Under the pieces are notes generated by a model, which saw nothing but the letters and a program-made list of their open reading frames with translations, did no database searches and had not been told where the DNA came from. 64,000 nucleotides of DNA, taken from assembly GCA_051294905.1 (NCBI GenBank), contig CM119374.1, forward strand, positions 20,894,001-20,958,000, in the 5' to 3' direction. The position numbers and the translations under genes are program-made. This document shows, in pieces, positions 15,101-27,100 of this stretch (position 1 is the first letter of the stretch; every line of letters begins with the position of its first letter). The stretch is from Botryllus schlosseri. Lineage: Eukaryota.

Positions 15101-18100
15101 ATTCAACTGAGAAACCAAATCATATTTCCTAGTTGATTCTCTATGAGCTATAGCATGATTGAATATCTTTTCACTGGAAAAAGCTCAAAACTCCAAAAGT
15201 TCTACTAAAATGGTGATCCAAATGTAGTAGCAAGTTTAAAGTGGGATGCACATCTTGAAAACAGCCTTTAACATATTACCTGTGCAATTGGTTCCATCTC
15301 CAGTGTATCCACTGCTGCATGTGCATGAGTATGAACCGTTGCTGTTAGTACAGTTAGCACTGCTTGAGCAATCATGGGTCCCAGTCGTACAATCATCAAT
15401 ATCTGGATTAAAAAACATGAAAATTTCCCATGAAATACCAAGCACACTGGTTTATTTTCACATTTTGGGATAATTCAACGATGAATGAATGCTTGATTAA
15501 CGATCAGTTACCGGGCCATTCATTTTAGGATTCTATTTCGAAATGGAGCCATAGTGGTAGTTTGATAAGCGGACATGACAAATTTGACATCAAAAAACTA
15601 CTAAAAGAAACATGTTCAAGGTTCAGAATCAAGAATTTCAACATCTCCTGTAAGTACAAAGTAAAAATAACACTGGCATAAACCTGTAGGCCCAATCGAA
15701 TTCCGCAAATCCCTGGTGACCGTGATGAAGTACGGTACATTTCATATATAATAGATCATCCAGTAAGATGAGTATGCTTCGTTTTTTTCTATTGGAGAGG
15801 TGTATTTTAATGCGAACATGTTTTAAATAACTGTATGTAACAATTGTGCTGAGTAAATTCTCTACTTTTATCATGCAAACTATGTTAGGATATTTGAGAC
15901 TCATCAAATTGACACTGTATTTGGCTGCCAAAATGTTATTAAGGAATGACTGAAATGATGTAATTGTGAAAACTTCTTCTAGTAAACCAATATGACAGCA
16001 TTGAAATTGTAGTACAATTGTGATTTCAACCTCCAGATAAATAAGTTATTGCGATAGATCACCATCATGCTGAAATTGTCTACAACTGCCGCCTGAGTAA
16101 TTAGGAAAATTTAATTATATTATATTCTTTGTAGGTAACCTTCGCATGACGTCCCATCACCAGAATATCCGGCCTTACAAGTACACACGAATGACCCGTT
16201 GATGTTTTCACAGTCAGCATTATCATGACAGTTTGATGTCCCAGTGGCGCACTCATTGATATCTGAAATGATTGTGTAATATATTATATTTTATGCATCA
16301 ACACATGCATAGAGGCCTACAATGAGCTAGGATGAAATTATTAGCAAGTGCAAATATCATCCAATTGCATCGCCCACTTATCAAACTCAACATATCAACA
16401 TGGGCTGGATAATAAACGCATTTTTTCAATCTACTCGGAGTTGTTTCGCGGGCCGGATGATATCGTCTGGCGGGCCGAATGCACCCCATGGGCCGTATGT
16501 TTGACACATCTGTTCTAATCATTATGTTTGAGTGTTAGTGGAAATCAGTAAAGCATGTTGAAGTCTGTTTGCAAACATTGGATGTCATTCACTTAGGCGA
16601 TGCCTCTCTTTAGTCTTTTCATCCCAATCACTAATCAGTAGGGCGATTTTTTCTACATGTCAAAATAAGACAAAATTTTGTCAAACTTGTAGCGATGGGT
16701 CATATAATTGTCAATACTGTTTAAAAAGTTAAAATAACTTTGCAACCTTCATTTCATTTTATTGTAGATGTTTTCACTGTCGGTGAACTTATCATTTGAC
16801 ATTTTTCAGCTTGTAGCCTACATTATAGGCTTAACATTGTAAACGGCCCATTGCCTGCTCATTGTGAATCATAAATGATCAAATGAAACAAATAGGTTGA
16901 CATGGTGTTATGCTCGACATATCGCAATATCCTAACTGAAGCAAAACGGCAAAGGCATTGGTTCTTGTATCAGGAAGCGCATTATGAAAAATTGTGATGT
17001 AGACAACATTGTCAGAATGAAGCAACACGGTGTGTTGCCAACTAACAACTGCTGCTTTCTCCATTCTTGGCAAGCTACTTAGTTATGACAGACACTTTCT
17101 ATGCGAGAATGTGGGGAAGTTTCGTTGTACTACAACAAATTTCAATTATTTCCGCCATAATGCGTGATGTAACTACTGGAATTCTTCATAGGTCCAGATT
17201 TCGATTGTCAGTTTTGTAGTCAAAAAAGTTTTTTCAGGCCAAACTACTTCGTAAGGACAGACAGTTTCCACCAGAAATGAAGATAAGTAGTACAATTCCT
17301 ACATTATGTGTGAAAACACCTAATTTGCATGCATGAGGTCAAAATTTTGTCAAAATCAAGTTTTTTAGGGGAAAAATGTCAAAATTTTAATTTTTTAGTT
17401 CAAAATTTTTCGTTTTTACGTAAAAAAAATCGCCCTACTAATCAGCATACACTCAACGGCATTGTCTTCAAGCCATCGAATGATAGGAGCCAAAGCACGC
17501 TAGGCCCGAGACTCGATTGTAAGTTCAGCAATGATATCTTTCCTACCAGGCCCGTTGCAGATGCGATTGAGTAGGCAGCGATGATATCGTGCGTACCGGG
17601 CCAATGCAGATGTGATTGTGCAGGCAAGCGATGGTACAGTGCGCACTGGGCCTATTGCATATGCGCTTCTTCAAGGCAGAGGAACCAGGTTTGCTGGAGA
17701 CACGATAAACAGGCCAGCGACAATTACCTAGTGCGTGGCAATCAATGACCGAGTTTCGCAACAATATTAACGGGAGATCGCGTTACGTTGTGCACAGACG
17801 AATCTCGCAACACGATTCTAGCTAATTGGCCACACGCAACACTGATAATAAGACTCATTGGATTGAAACTGAATATAAGCGTTAGAATGATCATATTAAA
17901 AGGACGGGTTTTGCGTTTCAATAGGGCGGTTCGACCCTTGAACCCCCCTGGCTATGCCCCTGCCTACAGACGCCATTTAAAATTTGAAATGCCATACTGA
18001 ACCTGCGCATGTAGTTCCATTGCCGGTATAACCTATTTTACAGGTACAATTGAATGCGCCATCATTATTGCTGCATTCGGCATTGTCATCACAATTATGC

Positions 18101-21100
18101 AATCCATCGGTACAGTCATCAATATCTGAAAATAGGTTCACTCATGCACGAACTGAGCATATATTGTACTGATATATCCATGAAGAAAACCTGTGCAGTT
18201 GACACCATTGCCGGTAAAGCCGGCCTTGCACGAGCATGAAAAGGATCCATCATTGTTGTTGCAATCGGCGTTCATGTGACAATTATCCACATCAGAAGAG
18301 CACTCATTGATGTCTTTGCAAAAATAAATTACCGATCAATTTCTCAAATAGTTTCATAATGTGGAATAGCGAGCAATTTAACTGAGAATAAGCTCAAAAT
18401 TCCAATAGTTTTTGCTAAAATCGTCATTTAAAGTGGGTTGACCATCTTGAAAACAGCCTTACCTGTGCAATTGGTTCCATCTCCAGTGTATCCACTGTTG
18501 CAGGTACATGAGTATGAACCGTTGTTGTTAGTGCAGTTAGCACTGCTTGAGCAATTATGGGTCCCAGTCGCACAATCATCAATATCTGGATTGACAAGCA
18601 TGAAAATTTCTTGTGAAATACAAGCACACCAGTGGATTTTCAAATTTTGGCGTTATTCAACGATGAATGAATGCTTGATTAACAATCAGTTACCGGGCCA
18701 TACATTTTAGGATTCCATTTCGAAATGGAGCAATGGTTGTAGTTCAATTAGAGTGCAGGACAAAATTTACATCAAAATATCTAATAAAGAAGATTTTACC
18801 ATCTTCTGTGAGTACAGATTAACAAGGATACTTGTATGAACCTGTAGGCTTATCCATTCACATCTTAATCAATGGCAACGGTGATGCAGAATAATCCATC
18901 ATCCAGTAAAATGAGTATGCTTCTCTTTTTCTATTGGAGATGTGTATAACAATTGTGATGAACAAATTCTCTTCTTTTAGCCTACAAGCTATGTTCGGAT
19001 ATTTGAGACTCATCAAATTTACATTTTATTTGGTTGCCAAAATGTTATTAAGGAATGACAGAAAAATGTAATTGTGCCGACTTCTAGTAAACATATATGA
19101 CAGCTTTTGGATTTTGGTACAGTTGTGGTTTCAACCTCTCGAAAAATAAGTTATTGCGATAGATCACAGTGATGCTGAACTTGTCTACAGCTGCTACCTG
19201 AGTAAATGGAAAAATTTAAATATATTCATTCTTTGTAGGTAACCTTCGCATGATGTCCCATCGCCAGAGTATCCGGTCTTACAATTGCACACGAATGACC
19301 CGTTGATGTTTTCACAGTCAGCATTATCATGACAGTTTGATGTCCCAGTTGCACACTCATCGATATCTGAAATGATTATGCATTGAAAATTATACTGTGT
19401 ACATCAATACATGCATAAATGTACACAATAAGTTTGGATGAAGTTATTACGGCTGGTTCGAGTACTCGAATCTGAATCGAGTATTAATTTTAATGATTCA
19501 AGTCGAGTAGTAAAAGACGATTTTCTGGAGTACTAAAATTATACGCTCCTCGCAACTGACAGTTAATTTGCTAACGAGAATTATAGTTTTGATACTATTT
19601 TACAGAGGGAGCCTTGAAACCTTGATTGGGCGTGTCGCAGCATCCGAGACATAGTACAAAGCTGCGAACGTTACTGGAAATAACACATTTCCGAAGTCAT
19701 GATCAACCCACAACATTGTCAAGAAGTGCAATGAAATCGGTATGGTCGAAAATATACCAAAGTATCTCTATTGTAACGGATACAAGGCATTATGTCCTTT
19801 GTGAGGGCCTAAAAGGTGCATGTTTAAACTTTGACATAGTACATTCTGTTGTGACGTCATAATGAGTGATACTCGAATACTCGACTCGACTCGAAGCATA
19901 ATACGTGATTCAGAATCGAATCACTCAGGTACTCGATTTTGCCCAGCCCTAGTTATTAGCAAGTTCAAATATCATCCGATTACATCAGTAGTTCTCAAAC
20001 CCTTCTGACTCATCGCGCCCTTATCAAGCTCAACATATCTTTATTACACCCCTAAAGACTAATATGTCATCAATAAGGTTTTCCTTCTACTTTCTGTAGT
20101 ATTCAAGTAGGTTGTATCCACTAGGAGTTGTGGTTGTAGACTACTTCTACTTCAATACTTTTTCGCCCCAAATCTTAGTGGACGACATAGGCCACTTTGA
20201 GAAGCACTAAATCACATCACGGTGTTATTCCGTGATAGATTTGCTAGTCATTGCCATAATAATACCATAGTGTCCTATATGGTGTCGACACAGGCAAATT
20301 TCACGCCTCAATGAAATTGTATCACGTCACAATTTCCATTTGGCTACAGGCAATTTGACGGTCATTTTTTACCGGCTTGCCGAGCATTAAAATTGGTAAA
20401 ACGGGTATCAATCGAAAGCTGGCTCTGCACTGATTAGGAAAATATAAATTTTATTCCGATTGTGGCCCTGGAACTCCCACAATCAGCCTCGAATTTCTCA
20501 TTGTTATGGAGATTCGCATTGGGACGCAACAATGCCGAACAATGCTGTCTGGCTCTTTTTCTCTTGAGCTACTCTCTCGTTTCGACAGACAGCATTGTTG
20601 CGTCCCAATGCCAATCTCCATAACAAAGAAAAATTCGAGGCTGATTGTGGGAGTTCCAGGGCCACGAGCGGAATAAAATTTATATTATGATAATACTGTA
20701 CTGCGCAATTAACAGAGTCCGAATTTTTATATTGATTACACCTATATGTAGGCGTTTACAATCTCAAAAATGGCAACCTTTGAAGGACTTGTGATGTTAA
20801 ATGCAATTAACATATATTATATTATATGTTTATTCATAAATTATCAATTACCTTGGGAAAGAAATCCAATAACCACTGGCGTGAGTACAATAACTTCCAA
20901 TATTATCGACACATAGTAACATTTCCAACTAGTTTATCTAACCTAACATTCTCTTTGATAGTAATAAACCAACCTTCACATGATGTCCCATTACCAGAGA
21001 AGCCTGTATTACATGTACAGACGTACGAATCAGCGGTATCATTACATGAAGCGTCCGGGTCGCAATTATGAGTTTCCAACTCACATTCATCACTGAGACC

Positions 21101-24100
21101 TATTAGTGGGAATACATTAAAAATCATGCATGCACAATAATATAGAATGTTTACTGAAGAATAAAATTCTACAGGGAATATATACGGCTGGCCACACCAC
21201 CATGATCAATATTATGCAATCTCAATTGACTGAGAAAAAGGTTTTTTAACTTCATTCCTGGTTAATCCGCTTTAGAAAATGAAGCAATTATGAAAAAAGG
21301 TATAATACAGACCATATACATACCTACTCTCTTGAAGCTCAATTATTATAGATGCTCCTATATGGAATCACAATAAATAGGGGATAGTTATCATGACAAT
21401 TATGAATATTCTTGGAATACTATATTATATTGGATCTACCTACACATCAATTTTCATTCATCTTTTCTTATCAAACCTCAACAATCAACATAGTTAACAG
21501 AGTGTAGTGAAGCAGTCCGCTGATTTTTCATCGTAATAGATGTATCTGATTCTTCCTCGTGGCATATGTAATATAGGAAAAAGTATCAAATACTAAGAGG
21601 AAATGTGGGTGCCACTTGTCAGTAATATTGTTCTTGTGATTCGATCTATCGTTCGCATACCTAGCTATTCTGCAAAACGTAACCAGCTACAGATGTGTGT
21701 GTATTTAGAAATGGCCATGAGTGTTCCTGAACCAAAATAATTTTCTAATCCCGCTTGTGTCCTTATTTAGAAATCACGTTATACAATATATATACTCATT
21801 ACTCATACTAAATGCGGAATTTATGACCGTGACATACAAACAGAATTTTCTCGTACATCATACTGAAACAAAGCAAATATTTCATAGCCTGTAAACTCAC
21901 TACTTGAAGATGCAGAAATCAAAGGACTTGCAGTTGTTACAGCAGATCTTGCAGTATTCCCATGAGATGTACTATCTGATGTGGTATGTTGATAATTATC
22001 AACTTCGGTTTTCGGAGTAGTAACATTGTTGTCCAAGATCCGAATGGCATTCAAGTCATCGGTAACAGAATTTGCAGCCGGGGTGGATGCAAACAAGCTT
22101 GTAAAATTCGATTTCTCACTGTTTCCCGTGGTAATTAATTGCATGTTACCTTCTGTGGTAGAAGCGATCCCACTATTAGCATTTACCGGTGAAATTGAGG
22201 CCTCGTTAGTACTTGATTCTCTTGATACATAGGGGGAATTTGTATCAGGATAGCTAGAGGAATTTTGGACGTTTGGCGTGGTTTCATCAGATCCAGTAAC
22301 AGAATCATAAAGAGGACTATCACTTGATACCGCACCTTCAGATGCTGTCGTACTGATTATGGTGGCAATATTTACCTCACTTCCCAGGTTTCTAACAGTA
22401 GTCAGGTCTGTGGTCCTCTCATCAGGAAGTCCGAATTGACCAGCGGCCTCAGTTGTAGAGCTGCCTAAAGTTGCTATGGCAAGTGAGCTTGGTGACGTAC
22501 TTGCAACGGTCGTGGCATCTGTGCGCTTTTCTGCGGGGACAGTAGTTTCGACTGCATCATAAGCGTCTGTGGTCGTTAAAGAATGGTCAGCACCAGAATC
22601 AGTGACACTGCCAGCAATTGTGGACTTATCATTATCATCTATTGCATTTTCGTAAGTTGTTGCTGATGTAGCAGTATTTCGAACGTCTGCTGAGGTTTCA
22701 TAATTATCAGTGCTTGTATCTACCACACCACTGGTCTCTGTGGATTTTCCATCAGTTGTTAGATCATAATTCCCCAGAACTTCAGAAGAGCTGGTTGATC
22801 TCACAGTGTTTGAAACTTTTGTAGTGGTTTCATAATGATCAGTATTGGAATCTGTTACTCCCGCGTCTGTTGTGGAAGTGTAATTATTTGCAACATTGGG
22901 AGCATTTCCGGCAAAAGTTGTTGGTGAACTATTGCTTGCAACATCGGATGTGGTTTCATAATCTTTGGTACTGGGATCTGTTACATTTCCTGAAGGCATT
23001 ATAGATGAAACATAGTTTGAAACGTCAGTTGTGGTTTCATAATCATCAGTACTGGGACCGGTCACACTTACATCAGTAGTGGACGTATCATTATTCAGAA
23101 TATTCCTTGCATTTGCTGAAGGGGTGGTTGATGTAACATTGCTTGCAACGTCAGTTGTGGTTCCATATTCATCCGTACTGAGATCTGTAACATTTTTCGA
23201 AGGTGTTGTAGATGTAACACTGCTGGCAATGTCTCTTGTGGTTCCATATTCGTCCGTACGGAGATCTGTGACATTTGCTGAAGGGGTAGTGGATGTAACA
23301 TTGCTGGCAACCTCGGTGGTGGTTCTATAATCACCAGTACTGGGATCTGTAACATATTCCGAGGGGGAAGTAGTTGTAACATTGTTTGCAAGGTCAGTTG
23401 TGGTTTCATATTCAGCAGTACTTGGATCTGTTACACCATCATCAGTAGTGGACGTATCATTGTTCAGAATATTTCTTGCATTTGCTGAAGGGATGGTTGA
23501 TGTAACATTGCTTGCAACGTCAGTTGTGGGTTCATACTCAACAGTACTGAGATCTGTGACGTTTTCGTAAGGGGTTGTAGATGTAACATTGCTTGCAACC
23601 TCCGTGGTGGTTCCGTAATCATCAGTATTGGGATCTGTAACATTTTCGGAGGGGGTTGTAGATGTAACATTGCTCGCAAGATCAGTTGTGGTTTCATACT
23701 CACCAGTATTAGGATCTGTAACATTTGCTGAAGCAGTTGCAGATGTTACATTGCTTGCAACCTCGGTGGTGGTTCCATAATCATCAGTATTGCGATCTGT
23801 AACATTTTCGGAGGGGGTTGTAGATGCTACATTGCTTGCAACATTAGATGTGGTTGCATACTCATCAGCACTGGGATCGGTAACATTTGCTGAAAGGGTT
23901 GTAGATATAACATTACTGGGATCTGTCACACTTTCATCAGTTGTGGAGGTATCATTATTCAGAATATTCCTTGCATTTCCAGAAGACGCTGTTGAAGTTA
24001 CATTTCTGGCAACATCAGTTGTGGTCCCATATTCATCCGTACTGAGATCTATAGCATTTTCTGAAGGGGTTGTAGATGTAACATTGCTTGCAACCTCGGT

Positions 24101-27100
24101 CGTGGTTCCATAATCATCAGTACTGGGAGCTGTAACACTTGCCGAAGGGGTTGTAGATGTATCATTGCTCACATAGTCAGCTGTGGTTTCATATTCAGCA
24201 GTACTTTGATCTGTCACACTTTCATCAGTGGTAGATGTATCATTATTCGGAACATTCCTTGCATTTCCAGAAGAGGCTGTAGACGTAACATTGCTTGCAA
24301 GGTCAGTTGTGGTTTCATATTCAGCAGTACTGAGATCTGTGATATTTTCGGAGGAGATTGTAGATGTAACATTGCTTGCAAGGTCAGTTGTGGTTTCATA
24401 TTCAGCAGTACTGAGATCTGTGATATTTTCGGAGGAGGTTGTAGATGTAACATTGCTTGCAACTTCGGTCGTGGTTCCATAATCATCAGTTCTGCGATCT
24501 GTAACATTTTCGATGGGGGTTGTCGATGTAACATTGCGTGCAACTTCGGTCGTGGTTCCATAATCATCAGTACTGGGATCTGTAACATTTTCGATGGGGG
24601 TTCTCGATGTAACATTGCTTGCAACAGTAGTTGTGGTTTCATACTCATCAGTACTTGGATCTGTAACACTTGCCGAAGGGGTTGTAGATGTATCATTGCT
24701 CGCATAGTCAGCTGTGGTTTCATATTCAGCAGTACTTTGATCTGTCACACTTTCATCAGTGGTAGATGTATCATTATTCGGTACATTCCTTGCATTTCCA
24801 GAAGAGGCTGTAGACGTAACATTGCTTGCAAGGTCAGTTGTGGTTTCATATTCAGCAGTACTGAGATCTGTGATATTTTCGGAGGAGGTTGTAGATGTAA
24901 CATTGCTTGCAACTTCGGTCGTGGTTCCATAATCATCAGTACTGCGATCTGTAACATTTTCGATGGGGGTTGTCGATGTAACATTGCGTGCAACTTCGGT
25001 CGTGGTTCCATAATCATCAGTACTGGGATCTGTAACATTTTCGATGGGGGTTCTCGATGTAACATTGCTTGCAACAGTAGTTGTGGTTTCATACTCATCA
25101 GTACTTGGATCTGTAACACTTGCCGAAGGGGTTGTAGATGTATCATTGCTCGCATAGTCAGCTGTGGTTTCATATTCAGCAGTACTTTGATCTGTCACAC
25201 TTTCATCAGTGGTAGATGTATCATTATTCGGTACATTCCTTGCATTTCCAGAAGAGGCTGTAGACGTAACATTGCTTGCAAGGTCAGTTGTGGTTTCATA
25301 TTCAGCAGTACTGAGATCTGTGATATTTTCGGAGGAGATTGTAGATGTAACATTGCTTGCAAGGTCAGATGTGGTTTCATATTCAGTAGTACTGAGATCT
25401 GTGATATTTTCGGAGGGGGTTGTAGATGTAACATTGCTTGCAACCTCGGTTGTGGTTTCAAAATCATCAGTAGGATCTGTAACATTTTCGGAGGGGGTTG
25501 TAGATGTAACATTGCTTCCAAGGTCAGTTGTGGTTTCATATTCAGCAGTACTTGGATCTGTCACACTTTCATCAGTGGTGGACGCATCATTATTCACAAT
25601 ATTTCTTGCATTATCTGAAGGTGTGGTTGATGTAACATTGTTTGCAGCGTCAGTTGGGGTTTCATATTCAGCAGTACTGAGATCCGTAACATTTTCCGAG
25701 GGGGTTGTAGATGTAGCATTGCTTGCAACCTCGGTTGTGGTTCCAAAATCATCAGTAGGATATGTAACATTTTCGGAGGGGGTTGTAGATGTAACATTGG
25801 TTGCAAGGTCAGTTGTGGTTTCATATTCAGCAGTACTGAGATCTGTGATATTTTCGGAGGAGGTTGTAGATGTAACATTGCTTGCAACTTCGGTCGTGGT
25901 TCCATAATCATCAGTACTGCGATCTGTAACATTTTCGATGGGGGTTGTCGATGTAACATTGCGTGCAACTTCGGTCGTGGTTCCATAATCATCAGTACTG
26001 GGATCTGTAACATTTTCGATGGGGGTTCTCGATGTAACATTGCTTGCAACAGTAGTTGTGGTTTCATACTCATCAGTACTTGGATCTGTAACACTTGCCG
26101 AAGGGGTTGTAGATGTATCATTGCTCGCATAGTCAGCTGTGGTTTCATATTCAGCAGTACTTTGATCTGTCACACTTTCATCAGTGGTAGATGTATCATT
26201 ATTCGGTACATTCCTTGCATTTCCAGAAGAGGCTGTAGACGTAACATTGCTTGCAAGGTCAGTTGTGGTTTCATATTCAGCAGTACTGAGATCTGTGATA
26301 TTTTCGGAGGAGGTTGTAGATGTAACATTGCTTGCAACTTCGGTCGTGGTTCCATAATCATCAGTACTGGGATCTGTAACATTTTCGATGGGGGTTGTCG
26401 ATGTAACATTGCTTGCAACATCGGCTGTGGTTTCATACTCATCAGTACTGAGATCTGTGATATTTTCGGAGGGGGTTGTAGATGTAACATTGCTTGCAAG
26501 GTCAGTTGTGGTTTCATATTCAGCAGTACTTGGATCTGCCACACTTTCATCAGTGGTGGACGTATCATTATTCAGAATATTTCTTGCATTTGCTGAAGGA
26601 GTGGTTGATGTAGCATTGTTCGCAACGTCAGTTGTGGTTTCATATTCAGCAGTACTGAGACCCGTAACATTTTCCGAGGGGGTTGTAGATGTAACATTGC
26701 TTGCAACCTCGGTTGTGGTTCGAAAATCATCTGTAGGATCTGTAACATTTTCGGAGGGGGTTGCAGATGTAGCATTGCTTGCAACAGCAGTTGTGGTTTC
26801 ATACTCATTAGTGCTGGGATCTGTAACATTTGCTGGAGGCATTGTGGAGGTAACATTGTTTGCAACCTCGATTGTAGTTCCAAAATCATCAGCACTTGAG
26901 TCTGTAACATTTTCGGTGGGAGTAGTAGATGTAACATTGCTTGGAGCCTCGGTTGTGGTTCCATAATCTTCAGTACTGAGATCTGTAACATTTTCGGACG
27001 GGATTGTTGATGTAACATTGCTTGCGACCTCGGTTGAGGTTCCATAATCATCAGTACTGGGATCTGTCACAATTCCCGAGGAGGTTGCAGATGTTGCATT

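Larger units (their letters stand above)
14690..20040 (-). repeat. Tandem duplication of a four-EGF-exon block (~14690-16440 vs ~17970-20040)
   Basis: Exons 2-5 pair with exons 6-9 and the intervening introns align. Confidence 0.9.

Noticed and set aside
7667-21099. Calling the gene fibrillin, Notch or UMODL1
   Set aside because: No TB/8-Cys, LNR or ZP/EMI/WAP domains seen in the window; the C-terminus is outside it, so no symbol is assigned
22026-27051. Long overlapping ORFs in the mucin region (e.g. the Cys-rich 470-aa plus-strand ORF at 24206, and the MLQ/PQ-rich frames)
   Set aside because: Antisense and alternate-frame shadows of the stop-poor 81-nt repeat; no splice or start context
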